Below, one piece after another: positions 21,200 to 32,038 of a stretch of 34,489 nt of DNA. Made by a program: the position numbers and the translations under genes. This DNA is from Octopus sinensis (Eukaryota). The notes under the pieces are model-generated. The model was given only the letters and a program-made list of their open reading frames with translations. It searched no databases and was not told where the DNA came from. The number at the start of each line of letters is the position of its first letter. The first letter of the stretch is position 1. The DNA is taken from contig NW_021831698.1 in the NCBI RefSeq assembly GCF_006345805.1, positions 1 through 34,489 on the forward strand, given 5' to 3'.

Positions 21200-21325
21200 C
21201 GTGTATCTGTGTGCGTCTGTGTTTGTACGTATGCAGGTATGTAGGTAGATGCGTACGTAGGTAGGTAAGTAGGTACGTACGTACGTATGTACGTACGTAC
21301 GTATGTACGTACATACGTATGTTGG
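21150..21325. repeat. (TA)n followed by (GTAG)/(ACGT)n tetramer array
   Basis: Direct reading. Confidence 0.9.
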
Positions 21326-21514
21326 TAATTTATGCATGTATGCATTACTTGGCCTCCAAGGTTATATATTAATGAAAACACTTCAGAAGTTTAAGACCGT
21401 TTCTTGACGCTCATTCTTAATTCAATTAACCCTAATGAATAACCCCAAGGTCTAAAATGACACCCATCTACTTTATACAGCCTAATGAGGGTACCTCAAT
21501 GAGACCGTTTCACT

Positions 21515-21600
21515 ACTAGAAATACTAACATCAACTCCTACAAATTACACTCCGTAAAGTGTATAAAGATGTGGGACATATTCGATAGCGCAATGCCAGA
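21515..21600 (+). mobile_element. Family D fragment
   Basis: ctagaaatactaacatcaactcctacaaattacactcc resembles ctagaaatagc...tcaaatcacaccc of other D copies. Confidence 0.4.
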
Positions 21601-22224
21601 GAGGAGGACGTGGTAGGTTTTCTCAGTTAAGGTCAACCCGAAATAAACCAATCACAACTGACTTCATTATGCACACTGTTATTAGACTACTAGCTTATGT
21701 TTTATATACCCATTTGTTGAATGCGTTTACTTGCTAATTCTTCTTTCGATATTGCAGACAGACATTTCTGACCTGAATTTTTCACGTCTGCGATTCCAAC
21801 CAAGAGCTTCTGCTCCATTTCCTCAATTCTTCGCCCAATGTCATAAAAGAAGCAAAATAAACAGAAGAAAACGAGGAACGACAGAAAGAAAGATACGAAT
21901 GAATGAGTGAAAGAAAGAAAGAAAGAAAGAAAAAGAAAATACGACAAAAGAAGGAGAGCGAAGATAAAGAAGAGAGAAAGAAACAAAAAAAAAAGAATAT
22001 TTATTTCCGGTTTTATATGACCATTAAATAAATATTTACTTGTAATCTCAGAAGAGCTAATGATAAAGGAAATATGTTGGTGTGGTTATTACAGTTATAT
22101 TAGTAAGAGGAGGGGGAAGAAAGGGAGAAAAGAAGAAGGAGGAGAAGAGAAGAAGAAATCTGAGAAATAGACAAAAGAGGACTAATACATAAAACCGCAC
22201 GGGTTATATACATGCTTAAATACA

Positions 22225-22371
22225 CACATACACTACACACACTACACGCACACATACACACAAATATATATGTATAATACATATATTATACATATATACA
22301 TGCTTATATATGTATATACATATACATATATATGCATATATAGATATATCTATATACACACACACACACAC

Positions 22372-22407
<36 letters not shown>

Positions 22408-22427
22408 ATGCATATATATAAGTAAAA

Positions 22428-22465
<38 letters not shown>
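22225..22465. repeat. (CA)/(TA)/(TG) compound microsatellite
   Basis: Direct reading. Confidence 0.92.
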
Positions 22466-22467
<2 letters not shown>

Positions 22468-22873
22468 TTTTACTCTTCTACTTGTTTCAGTCATTTGACT
22501 GCTGGACCACCACCTTAAAAGGTGTTAGTCGAACAAATCGACGCCAGGACTTATTCTTTGTAAGCTTAGTACTTATTCTACTAGGCTTTTTTGCCGAACC
22601 GCTAAGTTACGTGGACATAAACACACCAGCATCGGTTGTCAAGCGATGGCGGGGTGGGGAGGGGACAAATATGGACACACACAAACACACACACAAATAT
22701 ATAGTATACGACGGGCTTCTTCCAGTTTCCGTCTACCATATCCACTCACAAGGCTTTGGTCGGCCCGAAGCTATAGTAGAAGACACTTGCCCAAGGTGTC
22801 ACGCCGTGGGACTGAACCCAGAACCATATGGCTAGGACGCAAACTTCTTACTACACAGCCACGCCTGCGCCTA
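22466..22873 (-). mobile_element. Full-length SINE family B (tRNA head, CORE-like box, microsatellite, 3' module)
   Basis: Reverse complement: ataggcgcaggcgtggctgtgtagtaag...ggttcagtcc...accttgggcaagtgtctt (resembles MIR CORE accttgggcaagt)...gactgaaacaagtagaagagtaaaag. Confidence 0.92.
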
Positions 22874-22880
22874 TATACAT

Positions 22881-23118
22881 TCTTTTACTCTTTTACTTGT
22901 TTCAGTCATTTGATTGTGGTCATGCTGGAGCACCGCCTTTATTCCAACAAATCGACCCCAGGACTTCTTTCTTGTAAGCCTAGTACTTATTCTATCGAAT
23001 ATTCTTTTGCCGAACCGCTAATTTACGGGGACGTAAACACACTAACATCGGTTGTCATGCCCCAGCATGGTCGGATTCAAATGGCTGAAACAAATAAAAG
23101 ATAAAAGACAAAAGATAA
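22881..23118. mobile_element. 3' half of SINE B (minus) fused to an oppositely oriented SINE B 3' tip (plus)
   Basis: 22881-22928 is the imperfect reverse complement of 23062-23107. Confidence 0.75.
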
Positions 23119-23344
23119 ATCTCAGTAAATAAATTCCAGTACTAATCTTGGGCACAGGATCAATCTCACAGCTTTCGAAAGCACTGCGAAAGACATGACC
23201 AATGCTTCTATCTGAAGACCTAACTAATAGATAATAGACATAGCAAGAGATTATTATGGTGGATTTAGCTTTGTGTATAGCATTATACAGATAAGATACT
23301 GTGGCTATCACCTTTATAGGCCCTTCCGGATTACTGACACAGCT

Positions 23345-23572
23345 ATAAATAATTTTCAGTTTAAACATCTGTAAAGGAACGTCCGTAGAAACAAAAGGTT
23401 CGTTAAAGAGGAAATCCCAGAGGTTTGAAACCCCTAAAAGAATTGAGAGAAATGGTTAGTGTAATGACTGGGAAGTAAGGAACAGGAAGGGTGTCGTGAT
23501 AAGGAGACATGAGAGTACTGAGTTGGCTTGTTTATAGCCGTGATAGATCAAAGAAAAAGAGATATACTGCGT
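23345..23572 (-). mobile_element. Old CR1-like LINE 3' end remnant
   Basis: Degenerate minus peptides HPSCSLLPSHYTNHF, LWDFL and LQMFK follow the order of CR1-clade ORF2 C-termini (HP...T.....F....LWN.LP.....L..FK). Confidence 0.45.
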
Positions 23573-23584
23573 AGTGTTGGTAAT

Positions 23585-23765
23585 CTTTTACTTGTTTCAG
23601 TCATTGGCCAGCGACCAAGATGAGGTGCCGCCTTCAAGGGTTTTAGTCGAACAGATGGATTCCGGTATTTACTTTTATTAAAGTCTGGTACTTATTCTAT
23701 CACTCTTTCTTTGTCGAAACCCTAAGATATGAGGACGGAAACAACCCAAGAAACATAAGACACAC
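23585..23765 (-). mobile_element. Diverged 3' half of SINE family B
   Basis: ttttacttgtttcagtcatt...gtacttattctatc...ctaagatatgaggacg. Confidence 0.75.
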
Positions 23766-24519
23766 ACATATTACATATATATATATATATATATACATAG
23801 TGTAAATAGAGTTAATGATTTTAATAACCGACTAAGGAATAAAATATTCGTATATACTATCGGTATCTGTTACCTGTATTATTTCTAGGAATTGGTATGC
23901 AGGCACACTATGCACGTAGAGTGTAGGTAACAACAGGATAAACAAGAGTTTATCAGGAAACAAATATAAAAAATCAGAAAATAGAGAAAACCTCAAATCA
24001 ACAAACACATCGATTGGTTCATATTTATAGTTTATTTTTTAATACAAAGCATGGCATAACATATATGTGACATAACAAATCTTACGGCCGTTTCCGCATC
24101 CGTTGCCAAATACTGTCTATAAATAATTGCAAAAATAAAATTCTTGATCTTCATAGGACATTCGAATTAAGGTACAGACCTTCATCAGTGTAAAAAAACA
24201 AGAGCATCCAAAATAAACAAAGAGAAGAAGGAATAGAAAAGAAAACATGGTCTAGAGAAGAAGTCTAGAAGCCCAATATATTAAAAACTTATAATCTACC
24301 ATCTTGGGTTGACGAGGTCCGTAAGTAAATGAGTGAACTAGTAGTGGTATAGGAAATAATAAATCTATTTTATGGGTTGTTTCAGTTTAAGGGGGAGCCA
24401 CCAAAATGTAATAAAATTTATGAAAAGAGGTCATCAAAAAATAATAATACAAGGAAACTTACTAACATGATTATCAAAGGGCGGTACCTATGCTAACGAG
24501 TAAATTCAAGTTAAAATGT

Positions 24520-24745
24520 ATTCGTGACTGCAAAGCGAGCTTCTGAAACACCCAGCCATGCCAGTGAATCGTTATTAGTTAACTGGATAGCTTTCTTTGA
24601 AGTACGTTCCAGCATATTTGTTCTGTATCAGCAGTATTGTCCCAGATATAAGAGCAATATTCCACTGTAAGTTTTCTTGAGGTTTGTAGGAATCATCATC
24701 TGATTAGAGCAAAAGTATTTGGGGGCTCCGGAGAGCACGGTTTGG
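24520..24745 (-). mobile_element. Old CR1-like LINE ORF2 fragment (post-RT region)
   Basis: Frameshifted minus translation KYFCSNQMMI-YKPQ--TVEYCSYIWD...NMLER-SKKAIQL matches the LYKAQ.RP.MEYCSH.W...L.R.Q.RA pattern of CR1-clade elements. Confidence 0.65.
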
Positions 24746-25154
24746 CGTTAAGGTGCAGTGTTGACCCATTTTCAATATTCTTATTGATACCTTTTCATTT
24801 TTCTTACAACACTAATATCTTGTCGAAATGCATGAACGCCATTCTTTCAATTTCTTCAACAGCTAAATGCACAGTTTTGATATCGTCTTAGAACACTTTC
24901 ATTTTGCCCCAAATTTTCTTATAAATTTATGAAATTAAAACAGCCACATTCTCCCCATCTAGTTTTGCGGTTGTGTGGTCACAAAAGGAAAGCATTATTA
25001 TTTTATGTTTCTATTTTTTTTTTTTCATTTAATCTATCATATTTAAAATCTTACGGTTCTTAGGTGTGAAAGGTATGCTGCTGGAGAGCTCTGCACACAC
25101 CTGATGAAATAAGCCTTTCTTTTTTCACATTTTGGTTCATTTCTCAATACGATC

Positions 25155-25335
25155 GCTCGACTTGCAAGAAATTTCAACAAAACCTCCCTCCATACCATCT
25201 TTAACAAAGGAAGGATATATTGGATAATGTAGCCATAATTATTGTATAGCTGAAGGAATATAAAACGCGATTGTCATTGCTGGAAAGCTTTTGGCCTTAA
25301 GTCTTTGATCAGTACTGATGGGATGCTAAACAACA
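25155..25335 (+). mobile_element. Family D copy
   Basis: Colinear with 6955-7152. Confidence 0.6.
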
Positions 25336-25653
25336 ATAGAAACATCATTCCCATTCCTATATAACAAGCTCTGGACAATATATATATATATATATACCTC
25401 GAAGTTGTTTTCGTTTGAAATATTATTGTAAGCGGAGCTACAAAGATTCTATTATAAGAGGTCTCAGCCATTTTATTCCAGAAGTTTGTCTATTATCCAC
25501 TTAACCCTGCGGGAAACTTGTGAGAAGTAGTACTGGTTCAAGTACTATACTCAGCTTTTAGGCAATAAGTTCTTTCGCAAAGTGGCACGTGACTAAGTTT
25601 AAGATCTAGGTTTCCGGCCATCTGAATCTGCCAGCCAATGCTGACCTCCTATA

Positions 25654-25734
25654 CCTTTTCTTCTTCCTCTTCCTCCTTCTCCTCCTCTCTCTCTCTTTCT
25701 CTCTATCTGTCTCTCCTCCCCTCTATCTCTCTAT

Positions 25735-25787
<53 letters not shown>

Positions 25788-25790
25788 CTC

Positions 25791-25822
<32 letters not shown>
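25654..25822. repeat. (CT)n tract
   Basis: Direct reading. Confidence 0.95.
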
Positions 25823-25824
<2 letters not shown>

Positions 25825-26184
25825 CGTATACAGTCCTGTTGAAGCCAATTCTCTTCACTTACATCGCTAATGTCAGTTAAATACATGGATCTTCACACAA
25901 TCTCATTTCTTTCCTACAATAACTGCATAAGAAATCAATTCACAAGCCCTTAGGAAATCGGAGAAAACGTATGGAGAATTCAACGAATAAATTCAACAAG
26001 TGTTATGAATGGCTTTGTGATTAAGAAGTTCACTTTGCAACCACATTATCCCGGTTTCGATTTCACTTTGCAGCACGTTGAGCAAATGTCTTCTGCTATA
26101 GTTAAGAGCTATACTTTGATAGTGAAATTTCGTATCTGGAAAACTATCCGTGTATATGAATATGTGTATAGATATATAAATACG

Positions 26185-26212
26185 TCATGTGTGTGTGTAC
26201 ATATACTTATAC

Positions 26213-26286
<74 letters not shown>

Positions 26287-26348
26287 CTTGTATATATATG
26301 TATATATATGTGTATGTATATACATATGTATGTATATGTGTGTGTGTG
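26185..26348. repeat. (TA)n/(TG)n tract
   Basis: Direct reading. Confidence 0.95.
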
Positions 26349-27039
26349 CGGGGTTGCCCATAAATGTATATCGTCGGAAAATGTAAGTATCTGCGAAAAA
26401 CCGGTTATCTTCCAAGTCCTTGTCAAAATGTAGTCCAGGTGCACTTAGTTACAGTCACCCATTTTTACACTTCCGCCGCCAGATATTTTGGGATCTGCCG
26501 ATTAGTCCTTTGCATACCCGTAACCAACAACGACAACGCTGTCTATTATCTCGGATTTTCGATATAAGCTTTATAAATGACAAGAAGCTTAACCAGAAAA
26601 TATCTCAGTTTTCTCAACTAGCCTGAAAACACAATACAGTAAATTCGCAAAAGAATAAGCAGAAATCGACCGCTGTTGAAATGATGAAAGAAAAATTGTG
26701 TTGGCAGGATTTACTGAGAATGTAAAAAAAAAGTGCAGCTAAATTTAAACACTACAAAGTACTTATCCAATGATGAAGTACAGCCCTTAAATATGAGAAT
26801 AAGGATTTTTGGCACAGACAACGGGACTGAGAGAGTTGGGGGAATTTTTTTTAAAAGAGAGGCAATTAGACTATTACATCTATGCCAATGCGTGACTGGG
26901 ATATTGTTTTATCAACTGCGAAGTCATGAAAAGCAATATTGATCTCAGCAAGGTTCTATCTCAGATCGTAAAGAGCCGTGACTAAATACACCAATACGTT
27001 CTAACTGTTCCGCCAATTCAGTATCCCGTAATTGTTTCT

Positions 27040-27215
27040 AATTAAGGCACAATTTCAGTATTCTGTGGGACTAATCGAGGACATCAATCTCAATACTTAA
27101 CTGGAATTTATTTCACCGACTCCCGAAGGGATGGTAAGCAAAGTTGACCTCGGTAGAATTTGAACCCAGAACGTAAAGAAATGTAATTAAATACCACTTA
27201 ATGCATATCCGACGC
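27040..27215 (-). mobile_element. Diverged SINE family A copy
   Basis: aactggaatttatttcaccgac...aaagttgacctcggtagaatttgaacccagaacgtaa. Confidence 0.7.
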
Positions 27216-27451
27216 TCTACGGATTTTTACACGAAGTGCCTTTAAATACGAGAATAATTCGCAATGTTTCAAAATCATCAAATAACGCTATACATTTTTG
27301 CTACCAACTATTCCTGAGAGAATCATAGGGAGTAAGGTCCTCAGGCACGTCCTCCATAGAGTCTCATCAGAAGCAACCATCATCACCATTAAAATATCAT
27401 TTAGATTGACTGATCAATATTTTCGTTTCTTCATTGTTGTGTTGATGGTTT

Positions 27452-27453
27452 GC

Positions 27454-27506
<53 letters not shown>

Positions 27507-27545
27507 ATTTCTTACTCTCTCCTTCTCTATCTTTCTCTCTCCTTC
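27452..27545. repeat. (CTAT)n and CT-rich tract
   Basis: Direct reading. Confidence 0.93.
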
Positions 27546-27877
27546 TCTCTTTCACGCACAAACAAATATACATACAATCCTTCTAATCTAGCTGACCTAC
27601 GGAACACTGAAACACGTGTTTCACCTTCAAATATGATCAAATTCAGAAAGCATATTTGCAGTCCTCGACCAAGTCGTTTGGCAAGCAATCTGCGTGTATT
27701 CACAAATTACGTCAGCGGTAGTATATTTAATATTTATGTAATGAGCATTATAAAGTGAATTAGAAATAATTGTGCAGTAAGAGAAGAATGCAGTCAAATG
27801 TATAACTTAACACGTATTTTAGTTACTCTTGAAGAAGGAAAGCGAAAACTTATCTCTCAGGGGGTTTCAATCAAGAA

Positions 27878-28170
27878 GTTGTTTGTTCCTTCTCGAGCCA
27901 CGCCTGGCTCATAAGGGCCGGTTTCCCGGTTTCCTTGACGTATAGGATTCTCCCACCTGGACGGGGCGCCGGTCCGTCGCAGGTGAGCTGCAAGATGCAG
28001 GAGGAAAGAGTGAGAGAAAGTTGTGGTGAAAGAGTTAGCAGAAGTTCGCCATTACCTTCTGTCGGAGCCGCGTGGAGCTTAGGTGTTTCGCTCATAAACA
28101 CACACATCGCCCAGTCCGAGATTCGAACCCGCAATACCTCGACCGCGAGTCCGCTGCTCTAACCACTAGG
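27878..28170 (-). mobile_element. SINE family C, near full length
   Basis: Reverse complement of the 3761-4037 element, with extra internal sequence; B box ggttcgaatc, tail gaaggaacaaacaac. Confidence 0.9.
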
Positions 28171-28621
28171 TTAGATGAATGTAATTTAATAACTGTTAAT
28201 TGTTCGGCATTTGGTCTGGTACTCCACCGTTTTAAAGTACAATATATGTTTTAAGATGAATTATATATTCTTAATCTCTTTAAAAATGAATGCAGCTTCC
28301 CAATCTAATCAAAGTAAAAAATTGTACATTTATTAAGTGATTCTCTATTCACTGTTTCAATAAAGTTGGAGAATGCGTTTTACTGATGAGGACAAAAATG
28401 GCTTAAACATGTCCTGAGTTGTCTCCTGTTCTCGCCGATAAAGAAATTGAAAATAGTATTAGAAAGATTAATATTATTCTTATATGTATTGATGCTGATT
28501 TTAACTCATTGTATAATAATCTTATGCTAGGCTTTTAGACATACAAACACACACTCACACGCGCGCGCACGCACACAAATATACGCATGTGAATATATGT
28601 ATGTGTGTGTATGTAATTCAA

Positions 28622-29057
28622 ATATTGATTTCAAATTTTGGCACAAGACCAACAATTTCAAAGGAGAGAATAAGTCGATTACATTGATCCCAGCGTCCGA
28701 CTTATACTTATTTTACTTTCAACTCCGAAATGATGAAAGACAAGGTCAACCTCGGCGCAATTTGAACTCGGAACTTAAAGACGGACGAAATGCCGCTAAG
28801 TATTTTGCCCTGCTGCTAACGATTCTGCCAGCACGCAACCCTACGTAATTTCAATATTGATTTCAATTTTTGGCACAAGGCCAGCAATTCCAAGGGAAGG
28901 AGGTTAGTTGATTACATCAACTCCAGTGCTCAATAGTATTCACTTGGTCGACTCTGAAAGGATGAAAAGCAAACTCAACCTCGGCGCAATTTGAACTCCG
29001 AACGAAATGGACGAACGAAATGGACAAAATGTTGACGATGCTGCCAATTCGCCGCCC
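28622..29057 (-). mobile_element. Two tandem SINE family A copies (aaaatttgaaa-type tail)
   Basis: Both start atattgatttcaa.ttttggcacaag and contain caacctcggcgcaatttgaactc. Confidence 0.85.
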
Positions 29058-29697
29058 TACGTAACTCGAATATTAGTATAGCTTTTGTCCACCACGTTAT
29101 TACTGCCAGTATATCAGTACTCCTTGTATCAAAAGTGTTAGCACGAACATTTATTTCAACGTTTATTCCTACTATGCCTCATTGAAAAAAACCGCTTGTA
29201 ATTTGGTAGAAGACGCCATTTTGATTCAATGGTGATCGTTCATTTTCTCTCTCGCTCTTTCTCTCTCTCTCTCTCTCACTCTCTCTCTCTCTCTTTCTCT
29301 CTCTTTCTTTCTCTCTCCACACACACACACACTTATCCATACTCGCGTTACATGGTAATTCACATCGTTATTCAGCAATGACTATACGGATAAATTTCCC
29401 GAAAGCCAACCACCAAATCAGTCAACAAGCCAGGTAACCAACCGACCAACCATCCAACCAGCCAGCTAGCCAAAACAACTGTCAACCATCCATCCAGCCA
29501 TCTAGTCAAATAACCAACCTTACTGACTTATGAACCATCACCGCTCTTCTTTTTGCTTTGGCTGTGAGGAATGACTTTTAATTAAACGTCCTTTAATAAA
29601 TACAACACCGAAAGAATGAGGATAGAGAAACTAAAGGACAATTAATTGATACTAACACCAACATTACCCCTTTTGAACAATGTGGTCCTTCAAGATA

Positions 29698-30135
29698 GTG
29701 GTGGTGGTGGCGGCGGCGGTGGTGGTAGTGGCGGCGGCGGCGGTGGTGGTGGTGGTGGTGGTGGTGGTAGTGGTGGTTGTGATGGTGTTGACGTCGGGCC
29801 GGTGGCGGGTGGCGGCGGCGGCGGCGGCGGCGGTGGCGGCGGCGGTGGCGCGCGGCGCGGTGGCAGCGGCGGCGTGGCAGCGGCGGCGGGGCAGCGGCGG
29901 CGGTGGCAGCGGCGGCGGGGCAGCGGCGGCGGTGGCAGCGGCGGCGGCGGTGGCAGCGGCGGCGGTGGCGGCGGTGGCGGCGGCGGCGGCGGTTGTGGTG
30001 GCGGTGGTGGTGGTGGTGGTGGTGGTGGTGGTGTGGTGTGGTGGTGGTGGTGGTGGTGGTAGTGGTGGTGATGGTGGTAGTGGGGAATAGTGAGAGTCGT
30101 AATAATGGTCGTAGTAGCGGCGGCGTTTGATGGTG
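29698..30135. repeat. GC-rich (GGT)n/(GGC)n/(GGCAGC) triplet array
   Basis: Direct reading; a GGC/GGCAGCGGCGGC core is flanked by GGT tracts. Confidence 0.95.
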
Positions 30136-30264
30136 GTGGTTATGGTTGTTGTTGTTATAGTTGCGTAAGTCCGGACCAGCCCCGCGGAAGCAAGTCTATT
30201 ATCAAAGTCATTCCAGTGGTGGCCATCCTGTCATTATCTTCGACTACAGCATTCAGAGTCATTA

Positions 30265-30660
30265 TTTTTTAAGACGGCAGGGATTGCTTTGAGAGAGAAG
30301 GAAAGAGAGAGAGAGACAGAGAGACAGAGAGAGACAGACAGACAGACAGATTTAGACAAAGACTTTGGCAAAGACAGAATGGGTGATCTGGCTACTATTT
30401 CTAACAAGTCGAAGGCCTCTGTAGAAGATCTGTTGTTGTCATCGTTGTTTTTGTAGATGCTACTGTTTAGCCCTAGGTAGGCGTTGAATGAGCAGACCCA
30501 TGATTAAAGGAATTCCAGGGATAACAATCCTGTCTTCTTCCTCTGTGCAGAGAACTCAGGGAGACCTTATCTAACTCGTGTTTCTGAAGATGTTATGTCG
30601 TGATATGAGGGAGATTTGGCTGCTATTTGCCTGCAGGTCGAGAGTGATCTTCAGAAATTG
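30265..30660 (-). mobile_element. Two adjacent family D fragments
   Basis: Reverse complements contain gacttgttagaaatagtagcc and gacctgcaggcaaatagcagccaaatctccctc...ctagggctaaacag. Confidence 0.55.
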
Positions 30661-30921
30661 ACAGCTAATGTCATTAATATCATGACAACCATCGTGATGG
30701 TGGTCGGTGAGAGGGTGTGTGTATGTGTATGTGCGTGTGTGCGTATGTGTGTGTAGTTTGAGGAGAAAGAAAGAGGAGGCGGGGGGTGGTAGGTAGGATA
30801 TTGTGGGTCTTGCTGTTTTAGTTGTCGCCGTTGACGTCATCATCGTCGTTTTGTTATTGCTGTTGAAGAAAACAACGACGGTACTGGTGGTGGTGGTGGT
30901 GTAGTGGTTTTGGTATTTTGG

Positions 30922-30922
30922 T

Positions 30923-30953
<31 letters not shown>

Positions 30954-31076
30954 CGACGACGACGATGATAATGATGACTACAATGACGACGACGACAACG
31001 CTGTTGACGATGGTGCCGACCGCGACGACGACAACGACTATGACGATGGTGATGATGATGACGATGATGATGATGG

Positions 31077-31127
<51 letters not shown>

Positions 31128-31128
31128 C

Positions 31129-31174
<46 letters not shown>

Positions 31175-31275
31175 GTGGTAGTGGTGGTGATGGTGGTGGT
31201 GGTGGTGATGGTGGTGGTGGTGGTGGTGGTGGTGGTGATGATGATGATGTTGGTAATGATGACGATGATGATGTT
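30922..31275. repeat. (GAT)n/(GAC)n/(GGT)n triplet array
   Basis: Direct reading; explains the poly-D and poly-M pseudo-ORFs. Confidence 0.95.
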
Positions 31276-31299
31276 GATTGTTTCTAGTTTAGTCTAAAA

Positions 31300-31455
31300 G
31301 ATTACAATTTTGAAGGGAGACAAGTGTAAGTCGATTACATCGACCCCAGTATATGGTTGGTACTTATTTCATCGACAGCAAAAGGAGGAAAGGCTAGGTT
31401 GAACTCAGACTAAAACCCTGAAGCAATGCTGCTAAACAGTAACGTTTCTACCAGT
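31300..31455 (-). mobile_element. Diverged SINE family A copy
   Basis: gtcgattacatcgaccccagt...gtacttatttcatcgac...ttgaactcaga. Confidence 0.75.
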
Positions 31456-31849
31456 CTTTCTAAAGAAAAAATGGCGTACGTGATCTCAAGTTGTACACAC
31501 GTTTCTTCAAAAGTATTTCTCTGAGTCGTAAGTCATGTGAAATGTTTTCAACAAAGTATCGTAGCTGAGTCTTGGATGCAGATGATAATCATCCAAGGAT
31601 CTATAAAATATGAGTCAGACATGATCTGAATCGATCCTGATGAATAATGCATTTGTTGTCTTATGCTAATTAATACACAAAATCAATAAATCGGTATTAT
31701 CAATTGGATACTTAATGAGAGTCAGCAACCAGATTCATCTCGATCCAAAAATAAAAATCTTTTTCGCTGTACATAGCGATAATCATGCAAAAGCAGATAG
31801 AGAATATTACCAAAAGTTAATGGGAAAGAATTAGTATCTTGAAGGCAAG

Positions 31850-32006
31850 CGCAATTCTTGTAATATGAAGTTTGTTTCCCAACAAAATAGTTCCGGTTTC
31901 AGTCCCACAGAGTATCACATTGGGCAAGTGCCTTCTGCTATAGCATTGAACCAACACAAATCCTTGTGACTGGATTTGGTAGATGGAAGCCGAAAGAAGA
32001 CAGTCG

Positions 32007-32010
<4 letters not shown>
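31850..32010 (-). mobile_element. 5' half of SINE family B
   Basis: ccggtttcagtccc...ttgggcaagtgccttctgctatagc...gatttggtagatggaagccgaaagaag read on the stored strand; ends in (TA)n like other B copies. Orientation of this diverged piece is uncertain and it may be plus strand. Confidence 0.6.

Positions 32011-32038
<28 letters not shown>

Noticed and set aside
25063-25112. Hammerhead from GAAA...cacacCTGATGA
   Set aside because: No stem II, and the implied cleavage nucleotide would be G.
26420-26626. ORF 26420..26626 and a strong minus-strand acceptor near 26625
   Set aside because: No recognisable homology; all three frames after the minus acceptor stop within 12 codons.
28383-28425. CTGATGA-GGAC...GTCC hammerhead half
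   Set aside because: GTCC is followed by TGAG rather than GAAA, and no stem I partner exists; at most a decayed remnant.
29646-30130. Glycine-rich structural protein gene
   Set aside because: Open frames are a by-product of GGN repeats; no signal peptide, credible start or splice context.
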